NCBI GenBank assembly: GCA_010092885.1
Contig: JAADYX010000127.1
Coordinates: forward strand, 2,369 to 66,368
Length of the DNA stretch: 64,000 nucleotides
Reading direction: 5' to 3'
DNA from: Chloroflexota bacterium
Lineage (GTDB): Bacteria > Chloroflexota > Anaerolineae > Aggregatilineales > UBA3940
Positions 46,763 through 56,680 of the stretch are shown here, one piece after another. The translations under genes were made by a program, and so were the position numbers. Position 1 is the stretch's first letter, and the number at the start of each line of letters is the position of its first letter. The notes beneath the pieces were generated by a model. It was not told the DNA's origin. It saw nothing but the letters and a program-made list of their open reading frames with translations, and ran no database searches.

Positions 46763-47484
46763 TGACCATCGAGAAGCGTGCAGAGCGTGGCACGCCCAGC
46801 CTGGTGTGGCGCGCCGGGCAGGAGCGCCGTCTCGCTATGATCCGCCAGTGGGCACATACTCAGGATGCCGCAATCCTTGTTGATGGATGCGGCATCGGGG
46901 CGTACGCTACCCACCTGCTGGCTGACTCATCGCACGTCTACGCATTCGATATTGAGTCCAGCCGGGTTGCTGTCGCTCATGAACACGTCCCAAATGTCCA
47001 TATCGCTGCCGCTGAATACGTTCCCTATCCTGACAACACATTCGATACAGTGCTCTCGCACGAAGTGCTTGAGCATGTTAACGATGACCGGCTTGCTATG
47101 CAGGAGATGGTCCGTGTCCTCAGGCCTGGCGGCCGGATCGTGCTCTTCTGCCCGAACCGCTGGTATCCTTTTGAGACGCATGGCCACTATTGGCACGGTA
47201 CCTATCACTTTGGCAATACACCGCTGATCAACTACCTGCCGGATCCCATTCGCAACAGGCTGGCCCCTCACGTACGCGCCTATACACGCCGTCAACTGCT
47301 GGCTTTGCTGGAAGGTTTGCCCGCCCGCCCCATCCACATGACGCGGATCTTCGGTGCCTATGATAATATAATCGGGCGGCGGCCAGCGATTGGGAACGCT
47401 CTGCGCAGTGTGCTTCACGCCGCCGAACGCACACCGCTCCGGTTGTTTGGATTGTCGCATCTGATGGTCATTGAGAAGATATGA
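46762..47484 (+). CDS. class I SAM-dependent methyltransferase
   Basis: ILVDGCGIG, LRPGGRIVLF. Start overlaps the upstream stop by 1 nt. Confidence 0.85.
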   Translation: MTIEKRAERGTPSLVWRAGQERRLAMIRQWAHTQDAAILVDGCGIGAYATHLLADSSHVYAFDIESSRVAVAHEHVPNVHIAAAEYVPYPDNTFDTVLSHEVLEHVNDDRLAMQEMVRVLRPGGRIVLFCPNRWYPFETHGHYWHGTYHFGNTPLINYLPDPIRNRLAPHVRAYTRRQLLALLEGLPARPIHMTRIFGAYDNIIGRRPAIGNALRSVLHAAERTPLRLFGLSHLMVIEKI

Positions 47485-48287
47485 TCGACCAGCTGCTCGT
47501 CACCGCTAAACAGGCCGCCAGCGCCGCAGCACAGGTAATCCGTGAGCGCTATGACTTGCCGCGTACCGTACGCCTGAAGGGGCCCAACGATCTGGTCACG
47601 GATACGGATACTGCCGCCCAAGATGCCGCGCTGCGTACCATCCGCGAGGCCTTCCCGGACCACGCCGTCCTCGCTGAGGAGGATCCAAGCATCCGACCGG
47701 ATGAACACGGCGTCTGGCCGATTCCTGATGGCATCTGCTGGATCGTCGATCCGCTGGATGGGACAACGAACTACACCAATCGCATTCCGTTCGTTTGTGT
47801 TTCTGTCGGTGTGACCATTGACCAAATACCCGTGGCTGGGGTCATCGTTGACCCACTGCGCGCGGAAATGTTCAGTGCGGCACAGGGGCAGGGGGCTATG
47901 CTCAATGGCAGTTCGATACGTGTGCAGAAACCGGTGCCGCTGCACAGTGCAGTGATTGGTCTGGGATGGGCGTACACACGTGGGCTAAGCTATCACATTG
48001 TGGATGTGCTCAGCCCGCTGGCCCGTCGCTGCCGCACCACCCGCGCTCTCGGCGCTGCTGCTCTGGGCCTGAGCTATGTTGCTGTGGAACGACTGCAGCT
48101 CTATTTCAATCTGGGCCTTAAGCCATGGGATGTCGCTGCTGCCGCTGTCATTCTCTCTGAAGCAGGCTGCGAAATCCGTCAGCCCACCGGTGCCCCTTGG
48201 CATCTGGGTATCCCGATGCTGATGGCCGCCCATCCCACCCTGTTGGATGAGGCGGTTACACGGTTTGTGTCACATCACAGTTCATAG
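47481..48287 (+). CDS. suhB: inositol monophosphatase family protein
   Basis: LAEEDP, WIVDPLDGTTNY, WDVAAA. ATGA overlap with the methyltransferase. Confidence 0.88.
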   Translation: MIDQLLVTAKQAASAAAQVIRERYDLPRTVRLKGPNDLVTDTDTAAQDAALRTIREAFPDHAVLAEEDPSIRPDEHGVWPIPDGICWIVDPLDGTTNYTNRIPFVCVSVGVTIDQIPVAGVIVDPLRAEMFSAAQGQGAMLNGSSIRVQKPVPLHSAVIGLGWAYTRGLSYHIVDVLSPLARRCRTTRALGAAALGLSYVAVERLQLYFNLGLKPWDVAAAAVILSEAGCEIRQPTGAPWHLGIPMLMAAHPTLLDEAVTRFVSHHSS

Positions 48288-48331
48288 TACATTTGTGCTA
48301 CCTTTTTACTCACGAGCCTGCGAGTGTATAC

Positions 48332-48829
48332 ATGACCACTGATGACCGTGCCCAACGCGCTGCCGAGCTGCTGCTCACCGACCCAAGCCTGACCGACAAC
48401 CTTGATGACTCAGAGGCCAACATCCTGCTAGACTGGGGTGTGATGGTCGCCAAACGTGTGGCCGCCTATACGGAATCGATGGACGAACAGGATGCCTATG
48501 CGCACATTGATGAGCAGATGACCGTCGTCCGCCAGATCATGCGTCGTATCAACAGCCTGATGGCAGAGGTGCTCGACGCCAGCCTTGAAGAAATAACGGA
48601 GAAGCTGAAGCGTGTCTATTCGGCGTGTGAACCCTCACAAGATGTGGTCGCGCGTGAGAGCACACCGACCACACTCCGGCTTAAAGCTAAAGAGCTGATG
48701 ACCCTTTCCAAAGGGGATGCACTGCGCAGTGTGCTCAGCAATCTTGTGGTCATCGGCGAACAACATGATGCTTATTCTCAGGACGAGGGGCTCAATCTCA
48801 CCGGCGGCCCCACTGATATAGAGGAGTAA
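48332..48829 (+). CDS. hypothetical acidic all-helical protein
   Basis: ATG 48332 preferred over TTG 48293. No motif recognised. Confidence 0.5.
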   Translation: MTTDDRAQRAAELLLTDPSLTDNLDDSEANILLDWGVMVAKRVAAYTESMDEQDAYAHIDEQMTVVRQIMRRINSLMAEVLDASLEEITEKLKRVYSACEPSQDVVARESTPTTLRLKAKELMTLSKGDALRSVLSNLVVIGEQHDAYSQDEGLNLTGGPTDIEE

Positions 48830-48837
48830 CAGTCAAC

Positions 48838-50025
48838 ATGGGATCATCATCGAGAAATTCCGGAGGCCGCACGGTTCTGGCCATCATTCTTGGCCTGCTC
48901 CTGATCGCGGCCACATTCTTTCTCTACGGTCCACAGGCCGCCTTGGAGACCATCAGTGACCTCACTGGTGTTGAGCTTGACCTACCTGCTGAACAGGCAC
49001 CCGCAAACCAGACTCCCGTTGAAGAGCTCACAGGGGGCGGCAGCTTCTACACCGTGTACTTCACCAATCCCGTTATCCCTTTTGATGAGGTCACAACCGG
49101 CGGTGTGGAGGCTAACCTTATTCCGCTGATCAACCAGGCAACGACAAGTATCGACGTCGCTGTCTTTGAGTTCAACTTGCAGTCCGTTGCGGATGCACTC
49201 ATCGCTGCTCACGAACGCGGCGTGCAGGTGCGGGTGGTCCATGACAACGAACACACCGAAGAAGACCCGCAAATTGATCAGCTGATTGAAGCGGGCATAC
49301 CAGCTGTGCCGGATGAGCGTTCGGCCTTTATGCACAACAAGTTCCTCGTCATTGACAGCTCCATTGTATGGACCGGCTCAATGAACCTCACAGAGAACGG
49401 CGCCTATCGCAACAACAACAATGTGATCGTGCTGCGCTCGTCCCGGCTTGCCGAGAACTACACAACCGAGTTCGAGGAGATGTTCATTCAGGAGGCCTTC
49501 GGCCCGACCTCACCGAGCAACACGCCCAACCCCGTCGTGACCATCGATGGCACCCGCATTGAGAACTACTTCGCCCCGGAAGATGATGTGCTTTCCGCCA
49601 TTAACAATGTCATCGCAAGTGCTGAGGAGTCGGTGCACTTCATGGCGTTTGCCTTCACTGAGGACAGCATCGGCCAGGCCATGTTAGAACAGCTGAATGC
49701 GGGTGTCCCGGTGCGCGGTATCTTTGAGACACGCGGCGCAGCCACGGAGTTTTCCGAATGCAATTTGCTGCTGCAAAGCGGCGCAGATGTCCGGTTGGAT
49801 GACAACCCACGCACGTTCCACCATAAAGTCATCATCGTGGATCGGTCCATCGTGGTCATTGGTTCGTTCAACTTCAGTGCCAACGCCACCGAGTCCAACG
49901 ATGAAAATCTTGTGATCGTCTATAATCCAGATGTGGCCGGGCTGTACGAGCAGGAGTTCGAACGTCAGTTCAGCCTATCCGTGGAGCCGGGCAACACATC
50001 TGAATGCCTTCGTGATGATAGTTAG
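48838..50025 (+). CDS. membrane-anchored phospholipase D-superfamily protein with two HKD motifs (Nuc-like)
   Basis: N-terminal signal-anchor VLAIILGLLLIAATFFLY. HNKFLVIDSSIVWTGSMNLTENG and HHKVIIVDRSIVVIGSFNFSANA. Confidence 0.85.
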   Translation: MGSSSRNSGGRTVLAIILGLLLIAATFFLYGPQAALETISDLTGVELDLPAEQAPANQTPVEELTGGGSFYTVYFTNPVIPFDEVTTGGVEANLIPLINQATTSIDVAVFEFNLQSVADALIAAHERGVQVRVVHDNEHTEEDPQIDQLIEAGIPAVPDERSAFMHNKFLVIDSSIVWTGSMNLTENGAYRNNNNVIVLRSSRLAENYTTEFEEMFIQEAFGPTSPSNTPNPVVTIDGTRIENYFAPEDDVLSAINNVIASAEESVHFMAFAFTEDSIGQAMLEQLNAGVPVRGIFETRGAATEFSECNLLLQSGADVRLDDNPRTFHHKVIIVDRSIVVIGSFNFSANATESNDENLVIVYNPDVAGLYEQEFERQFSLSVEPGNTSECLRDDS

Positions 50026-50042
50026 CGGCAGGAGATACAGTT

Positions 50043-52859
50043 ATGGCCATGCATTTTGTTGAAGCCCCCAACAATTTTTACCTGGGCGCACGCGTCAGCC
50101 CGGAGACCGGCGACGTTATCCGTGACGATGTGCTCTACTATGACGCCCGTGACCTTAACACCCACGGGGTCATCCTCGGTATGACCGGTAGTGGAAAAAC
50201 CGGTCTGGCGATCAGCATCTTGGAGGAAGCTGCCCTCGATGGCATCCCCATGTTGATCATCGACCCCAAAGGCGACATCACCAACATGCTGCTTGCCTTC
50301 CCGGACTTCACCCCGGAACACTTCAAGCCGTGGGTCAATCCGGAAGAGGCTGCCCACAACGATATGACTGTTGACCAGTATGCACAGGCGACTGCCACCC
50401 GCTGGCAAAACGGCCTCAAAGACTGGGGTATTGACAACCAGCGTGTGCAGGAATTCCGCCGCTCCAGCCGGTTCAGCATTTATACGCCGGGGTCAAGTGC
50501 CGGGCTGCCGGTGAGCATTCTGCAATCGTTCGCAGCTCCCCGTGACGGCTTTGACACCAACGCAGAGATGTACCGCGAGCAGATCGCCGGTATTGTGACA
50601 GCGGTTCTCGCCCTCAGCGGCCTGAACGCCGAACCAGTCGAAGACCCGGAGCACGTCCTGCTCTCCAACATCTTTGAGTTCAATTGGCGCAACGGACGCG
50701 ATCTCTCCATGGAGCAGTTGATCCTCCAGGTCCAGACACCGCCGTTCTCCAAACTTGGCGTTCTTGACCTCGACCAGGTCATCTCGGAGCGCAAACGGGT
50801 GCAGCTCGCCCAACGCCTGAATAACATCATCGCTGCGCCCAACTTCCAGAGTTGGATGCAGGGCGAGTCGCTTGACATCCGGCGCTTGCTCTACACGCAG
50901 GATGACTATCCGCGCACAACGATCTTCTACATCGCCCACCTCAATGATGCCGAACGCCAGTTTATCGTCACGCTGCTGATGGAAAGCGTGATCGCGTGGA
51001 TGCGCTCTCTCTCAGGCTCAACCAGTCTGCGGGCTATTGTATACATCGATGAGGTCTTCGGTATGCTGCCGCCTCACCCGCATAACCCGCCGACCAAGGA
51101 GCCGATCCTGCGGCTGCTGAAGCAGGCCCGCGCGTTTGGCATTGGCATGTTGTTAGCCACCCAGAACCCCAAAGACATCGACTACAAGGGTCTGTCCAAC
51201 GCGGGCACATGGTTCATTGGCAAGCTGCAAACCGACAACGACAAAGAGCGTGTGCTCGATGGGCTGTCGAACGTGCAGGATGCAGCCAATGCCCTTGATA
51301 TCCGCACAGTGGACCAGTTGATCAACCAGCTCCGGCCGCGCCAGTTTATCTACCACAACGTACATGAGCCGGATACACCCGCCCTGATGCAGACTCGCTG
51401 GGTGATGTCCTATCTGCGAGGTCCGTTAACACGCGACCAGATCAATACGCTTATGGCGAACCAGCGCAGTTCTTTGCAACAGCAGGCGCGTCAGCCCCGC
51501 TTCGATCAGGTGAATGGATCCATACCCAACCAGCCGATCCACGCTCAGAGCGTTGGGCAGGCCCAACAGCCACCGCAGCACGGTGACGCTGCTCGTCCAA
51601 CCTACTCGGTGGATGATGAACCCCGTGTGGCTACCGGACAGGGCAGTCTTGGGCATAAACGCCGTCGCATCCCCTACGGGTTTGTGGGCTCGCAGCCTTC
51701 CATCTCGTCATCGGTATACCAGTACTTTCTGCCCGTGGAGTACCTACCGGAGCAAGCCATTCGCAACTGGTCTGTTTGGGCCCGGCGTGAAGTCCTCCAG
51801 GTTGGTGAGCAGCCGCAGCTGCTCTATCGTCCCTCGCTGCTGGCACAGGCCTATGTCCGTCTGGAACATCGCCAGAGCAACACATCCAGGACGTTTACAG
51901 TGGGCTTTGTTGTCCCCAATATGCCTGACATACCCCACCTTGACTGGCAGGAGTATGAGTCCGACCCATTCGACCCACACATGCTTGATGGCAATCCATA
52001 CAGTGAAGCCTACTATGCAGAGCTTCCTAACGCGTTCCAAAATGCGTCTGGCTTCCGCGACTTGAAGTCCGACCTGCAGGATTGGATCTACCGCGGCTAT
52101 GCTATGCCTGTCTTCTACAATCCGGGGCTTAAGATGTACAGCGGTCTGGGTGTAGATCGTCGGGACTTCATGGCTCGTGTGCAGGCAGTGGCCCGCGCAC
52201 AGCGTGACCAGGAGGTCGACAAGGTTGCCTCTCGCTATGACAAGAAGCTTGAGCAGCTCGAAGAGCGCTATAAAAAGGCGGTATCTCGCCTCGAGTCCGA
52301 GCAGGAAGAGCTCGGCTCACGCAAACTAGAGGAGCTGGTCACACTGGGCGAATCATTGAGCCAGTTGATGAAGGGTCGCGCCTACTACACACTTTCCCGC
52401 ACGGCCCGCATGCGCCGCTATACGACCACCAGCCAGGATCAACTAGAGAGAAAAGAGACCGATATCCAGCGCATCATTGAGCAGTTTGAATCCACTGAGC
52501 AGGAAATGGAACTCGCCCTGCAGGAGGTCCAAGACAAGTGGCTCCAGATTGTGCAGAACAACGAGGAAAAAGAGGTGACCCCCTACAAGAAAGACATCAA
52601 CCTGCTGCTGTTTGGTATCGGGTGGGTGCCCTACTGGGATGTCATCATCAATGAGCAGGACGTCCGGCTTGCGGCGTCTTCTTCCGGTCTGAGCTATATG
52701 CAGGATCCCAATGTGGCTGGCAGCTACAACACCGGCTACTATTCCACCGGTCACACCGACCAACAGTACTATGATGCCGGCTATGACTCAGGTGGCTACG
52801 ACGACCACGGTTCCGACCTGGACTACGGCTACGGCGGTCCGGCCCGTGGCGGCTGGTAA
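50043..52859 (+). CDS. HerA/FtsK-superfamily (YjgR/DUF853-like) P-loop ATPase with long C-terminal extension
   Basis: AGGAGA SD. Walker A GMTGSGKTG, IIDPKGD, Walker B IVYIDEVFG, LATQNPKDIDYKGLSNAGTWFIGKLQTDNDK. Then a Q-rich linker, a coiled coil and a Tyr/Gly/Asp-rich tail. Confidence 0.8.
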   Translation: MAMHFVEAPNNFYLGARVSPETGDVIRDDVLYYDARDLNTHGVILGMTGSGKTGLAISILEEAALDGIPMLIIDPKGDITNMLLAFPDFTPEHFKPWVNPEEAAHNDMTVDQYAQATATRWQNGLKDWGIDNQRVQEFRRSSRFSIYTPGSSAGLPVSILQSFAAPRDGFDTNAEMYREQIAGIVTAVLALSGLNAEPVEDPEHVLLSNIFEFNWRNGRDLSMEQLILQVQTPPFSKLGVLDLDQVISERKRVQLAQRLNNIIAAPNFQSWMQGESLDIRRLLYTQDDYPRTTIFYIAHLNDAERQFIVTLLMESVIAWMRSLSGSTSLRAIVYIDEVFGMLPPHPHNPPTKEPILRLLKQARAFGIGMLLATQNPKDIDYKGLSNAGTWFIGKLQTDNDKERVLDGLSNVQDAANALDIRTVDQLINQLRPRQFIYHNVHEPDTPALMQTRWVMSYLRGPLTRDQINTLMANQRSSLQQQARQPRFDQVNGSIPNQPIHAQSVGQAQQPPQHGDAARPTYSVDDEPRVATGQGSLGHKRRRIPYGFVGSQPSISSSVYQYFLPVEYLPEQAIRNWSVWARREVLQVGEQPQLLYRPSLLAQAYVRLEHRQSNTSRTFTVGFVVPNMPDIPHLDWQEYESDPFDPHMLDGNPYSEAYYAELPNAFQNASGFRDLKSDLQDWIYRGYAMPVFYNPGLKMYSGLGVDRRDFMARVQAVARAQRDQEVDKVASRYDKKLEQLEERYKKAVSRLESEQEELGSRKLEELVTLGESLSQLMKGRAYYTLSRTARMRRYTTTSQDQLERKETDIQRIIEQFESTEQEMELALQEVQDKWLQIVQNNEEKEVTPYKKDINLLLFGIGWVPYWDVIINEQDVRLAASSSGLSYMQDPNVAGSYNTGYYSTGHTDQQYYDAGYDSGGYDDHGSDLDYGYGGPARGGW

Positions 52860-52879
52860 CCTGGCACCCTAAACGCAAA

Positions 52880-52908
52880 AGAGGCACCGTAGCAGGTGCC
52901 TCTTTTTT
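52880..52908. terminator. bidirectional intrinsic terminator between convergent operons
   Basis: aaaa-agaggcacc-gtagca-ggtgcctct-ttttt. Confidence 0.75.
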
Positions 52909-52936
52909 CTTCATCTTCTTGACGGTCAACCAGCGC

Positions 52937-54757
52937 CTATCGGGCGGCGAAATCCCCCGCTGTATCGAGCAGTGTCCGCTCACGTTCCGTGCGGAACTGT
53001 TTGGTGTACAGATTGTAGTAGTGTCCCTGCTGCCGAATGAGTTCTGCGTGGGTTCCCATCTCCGCAATCTGACCCGCGTCAATGACTAGAATGCGGTCAG
53101 CGCGCTTGATGGTCGACAGCCGGTGGGCGATCACAAAGCTCGTCCGGTCGCGCATGATCTCATCCATTCCACGCTGGATCAATGCCTCAGTAAGCGTGTC
53201 CACGGAACTCGTCGCCTCATCCATGATGAAGATCGCCGGGTCCGCCAGAATGGCCCGTGCCAGGCTCAGAAGCTGCTTCTGCCCCACTGAGAGCAGCACA
53301 CCGCCCTCACCGACCTGTTCATCAAAGCCCTTGTCCAGCGCCATGATGAATTCGGTCGCACCGGCTACAGCCGCCGCCTGCTCAACCTGTTCATCGGTAG
53401 CGTCCAGCCGCCCGTAGCGGATGTTCTCACGAATGGTCCCGCTGAACAGATGCGGTGTCTGCAATACCATGCCGATCCGCGAGTGGATGCTGTGCAGCGT
53501 CATATCCGTGTAGTCCACGCCATCGATCAAGATGCGGCCTTTTTTCGGCTCGTAGAAGCGGCACAGCAGATTGATGATCGTTGACTTGCCCGCGCCGGTC
53601 GGCCCGACCAGTGCGATTGTCTCGCCACTTTGCACGGTGAGGTTGAAGTCACGCAGAACGGGCTTATCCTCTTCGTAGTAGAAGACCACATTGTCGAAGA
53701 CGATCTCGCCCTTGATAGCCTCAACCGGATGTGCATCGGGTTTATCCTTGACCTCAACCACGCTGTCCATCAGGCTGAAGGTGCGCTCTGCCGAGGCAAT
53801 CGCCAGCTGCATCTCAGCAAAGACGCGGGCCATCTCCTGAATGGGCCACAGCATGAACGTCACATAGCTGACAAAGGCCTGCAAACCACCGACGGTCAGC
53901 CCGCCGATTTCCACCTGCCCCACACTGAACAATACAATCACGCCGATGGTCACTGAGCTAACAAACTGTACACTCGGCAGGAACAATGCTGAGAGCCAGG
54001 CCGCTTTGAAACTCGCGTCATACATCTGTGAGGAGAGGCCCTTGAACTCCTCCAGATTGCGTTCTTCGCGCGTTAACGCTTTGATCACACGCACCCCGGT
54101 GATGTTCTCATTGAACGCACCTGTGATCTTGGAGTTCATCTTGCGGGCCTGCCGGAACTGCCGGATGATCCGGCGGCGGAAGAAAAGGGCCACAACAAAC
54201 AGGATGGGCACCATTGCGAAGACGATCAGGGCCAGCTGCAGGTTGATGATTGCCATAAACACCAACGCTGTGCCGATGTTCATCAGCCCCCACGTCACAT
54301 CCAGCAGCCCCCATGTGACCAACTCCGCCATGCGGTCCACATCCGAGGTCACCCGGGACATGATCCAGCCGACCGGCGTACGATCAAAGTACGACAGTGA
54401 CAGATCCTGGAGCTTGGCAAACAGCTTCTTGCGCATGTCATAACGCACCCGGTGCCCGAGTACACCGGCCAGGTAGATGAACCCGAACACAGCACCCGCC
54501 TGCAAGACAGTCAGAATGCCATAGGTCATGGAAAGCTGTGTCAGGCGCGGCACATCCTGTGCCAGAATACCCTCATCAATGATGCGTGCACTCAGAAACG
54601 TAAAGTACGAGTCCATACCAGCGACAACGGTGATGCATACCAGAAAGCCGACCACCCATGGCCAGTGGGGAAACGTCTGGCTCAGGATCCGCCAGACCGT
54701 CCTGCCGTTGAACTCGGTATTGAATTCCTCTTCCTCAAATTCGTATTCGTCAGACAC
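52937..54757 (-). CDS. ABC exporter, fused permease/ATPase (heterodimer subunit)
   Basis: 6 TM helices. GPTGAGKST, LSVGQKQ, IFIMDEATS. GTG start overlaps the upstream stop by 8 nt. Confidence 0.92.
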   Translation of the reverse strand: MSDEYEFEEEEFNTEFNGRTVWRILSQTFPHWPWVVGFLVCITVVAGMDSYFTFLSARIIDEGILAQDVPRLTQLSMTYGILTVLQAGAVFGFIYLAGVLGHRVRYDMRKKLFAKLQDLSLSYFDRTPVGWIMSRVTSDVDRMAELVTWGLLDVTWGLMNIGTALVFMAIINLQLALIVFAMVPILFVVALFFRRRIIRQFRQARKMNSKITGAFNENITGVRVIKALTREERNLEEFKGLSSQMYDASFKAAWLSALFLPSVQFVSSVTIGVIVLFSVGQVEIGGLTVGGLQAFVSYVTFMLWPIQEMARVFAEMQLAIASAERTFSLMDSVVEVKDKPDAHPVEAIKGEIVFDNVVFYYEEDKPVLRDFNLTVQSGETIALVGPTGAGKSTIINLLCRFYEPKKGRILIDGVDYTDMTLHSIHSRIGMVLQTPHLFSGTIRENIRYGRLDATDEQVEQAAAVAGATEFIMALDKGFDEQVGEGGVLLSVGQKQLLSLARAILADPAIFIMDEATSSVDTLTEALIQRGMDEIMRDRTSFVIAHRLSTIKRADRILVIDAGQIAEMGTHAELIRQQGHYYNLYTKQFRTERERTLLDTAGDFAAR

Positions 54758-56552
54758 CTTGCAGTTCCTTTTCCAGGTCCGTCTCGATACGGGCCTGCAT
54801 ACTGTAGATACGCCTGTAGATACCGTCGACCTGCATCAGTTCATCATGGGTGCCGCGCTGCACGATCCGCCCTTTGTCCATGACCAGGATCAGATCGGCG
54901 ATCATCACACTCTGGATACGGTGCGCAATGATGAACGTGGTACGCTGTTCCATGAGCCGTCCCAACGCCTCACGGATGGCACTCTCCGTCTCCGTATCGA
55001 CGGAGGATGTGGCGTCGTCTAAAATCAGGATGCGCGGGTCCTTCAGCAGCGTGCGGGCCACAGCGACGCGCTGCTTTTGCCCACCGGACAGCGTCACACC
55101 GCGCTCACCAACCAGCGTATTGTACCCTTCCGGAAAGGACTCAATGACATCATGGAGCGCTGCTGCGCGTGCCGCCGCGTGCACTTCCTCATCGGTTACG
55201 TGCCGGCCCACACCAAACGCGATGTTCTCCCGGATAGTGCGTGAAAACAGAAACGGCTCCTGCTCGACAATACCGATCTGCTTGCGCAGATAGTGGCGCG
55301 GATACTCAGTGATCTCCACACCATCCAGGTAGATATGCCCCTCCTGATAGTCATAGAAGCGTGGCAGCAGGTTCACCAATGATGACTTGCCCGATCCGGT
55401 TGAGCCAAGCAGGGCCACCACCTCGCCCGGCTTGACCTCGAAGGAGATATCCTGCAAGACCGGATGGCCCTCCTCATACCAGAACGTCAGGTTCTCAACG
55501 CGTATACCGCCCGCGACGCCCTCCGCGGGGGCATGGCTGCCTGTTTCCAGATCCTCCTTGTCGACCCGGATCAGATCAAGCACGCGCTGCAGGGAGACCA
55601 ACCCGACGGACATATCTACGATCAGACGGCCCAGGTTGCGCATCGGCCAGATCAACCAGATGACCATGCCCGCGTATGCCAGATAGGTTCCTACGGTGAT
55701 GGTGCCGTTGATCGCCAGCAGCGCCCCCAAGAAGAACCCGCCCACCAGTTGGATGCCGCACAGAATATCCGAGATGGGCCAAAACACCGAGTGCAGGCTC
55801 AGCAGCCGTTTGCCCCGCTCGAACTGCTCCCAGTTGTCCCCCTCAAACTTGTCTGTTTCGTAGTCATGGCGCGCGAACGCCTTCACCACACGGATGCCAC
55901 TCAGATTCTCCTGCAGGGTCGTCGAGAGCACTGCTTCCTGGTCCTGAAAATGCTCGTATGCGTCAGAAACTCGCCCAAAGAAATACACGGACAGCACCAC
56001 TACAATCGGCACTACAACGACCGAAGCCAGTGCCAGCGGCCAATACAGATATACCAACGCAATGAAATTCACGACGAACAACAGCACAATCCGCCCGGCC
56101 ATGATCGCCTGGTCGGAGAAAAAGCGCCGCACCGCGTCGACATCCGATGTAGACCGCTGAATGAGCTCGCCTGTCTGGCTCTTGTCGTGATAGGTGTACG
56201 TCAGCCGCATCAGGTGATCATACACATAGTCACGCAGGTTGCGGGCCAGGTTCTCCGCCACCCGCGCTGCTGAGCTCCGGCTGAAGAACGTGAAGCTGCC
56301 TTCCAGCAGCGCCAACCCCACAAACCCCAGCGCAATGATAAACACAGTTTGTGTCAGCTGCCCGCCGATCAACACATTGTCAACGAAGTAGCGCAGCAGT
56401 AGGTACGTCAGCGCCTTGAACACGGCAGCCAGCCCCATCGCGAAGGTCGCCCATGCATAGACGTTACGATAGCCGGTAGCCAACTTCCAGATGCTGGCTA
56501 CCCTATTGTCGGATACTGCCCCCTTCAAATCGAAACCCGTAACCACAGCCAT
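54750..56552 (-). CDS. ABC exporter, fused permease/ATPase (heterodimer subunit)
   Basis: ATG 56552 (AAGGGGG SD) preferred over TTG 56585. GSTGSGKSS, LSGGQKQR, ILILDDATS. Confidence 0.92.
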   Translation of the reverse strand: MAVVTGFDLKGAVSDNRVASIWKLATGYRNVYAWATFAMGLAAVFKALTYLLLRYFVDNVLIGGQLTQTVFIIALGFVGLALLEGSFTFFSRSSAARVAENLARNLRDYVYDHLMRLTYTYHDKSQTGELIQRSTSDVDAVRRFFSDQAIMAGRIVLLFVVNFIALVYLYWPLALASVVVVPIVVVLSVYFFGRVSDAYEHFQDQEAVLSTTLQENLSGIRVVKAFARHDYETDKFEGDNWEQFERGKRLLSLHSVFWPISDILCGIQLVGGFFLGALLAINGTITVGTYLAYAGMVIWLIWPMRNLGRLIVDMSVGLVSLQRVLDLIRVDKEDLETGSHAPAEGVAGGIRVENLTFWYEEGHPVLQDISFEVKPGEVVALLGSTGSGKSSLVNLLPRFYDYQEGHIYLDGVEITEYPRHYLRKQIGIVEQEPFLFSRTIRENIAFGVGRHVTDEEVHAAARAAALHDVIESFPEGYNTLVGERGVTLSGGQKQRVAVARTLLKDPRILILDDATSSVDTETESAIREALGRLMEQRTTFIIAHRIQSVMIADLILVMDKGRIVQRGTHDELMQVDGIYRRIYSMQARIETDLEKELQGV

Positions 56553-56616
56553 CAACCAACCCCCTTTAAGATATTTATCTAACAACGCAGCCCTACTATT
56601 ATACCCGAAAATCGAT

Positions 56617-56645
56617 TTGACACCGCTTCAACTCTTTGCGATAAC
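56617..56645 (+). promoter_or_regulatory. candidate promoter TTGACA-N17-GATAAC for the M23 hydrolase gene
   Basis: Perfect -35 with 17 nt spacer, 36 nt upstream of the ATG. A TATAAT on the opposite strand (56603-56598) may serve the divergent ABC operon. Confidence 0.45.
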
Positions 56646-56680
56646 AGGGACAAGGTTCCAGTTACACGGCGGAGGAAACA

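Noticed and set aside
48838-50025. PLD-superfamily protein as a cytoplasmic defence nuclease partnered with the adjacent ATPase
   Set aside because: This is not accepted as a call. The N-terminal signal-anchor predicts an extracytoplasmic catalytic domain, whereas the ATPase has no TM segment. It is kept only as an open question in the findings.
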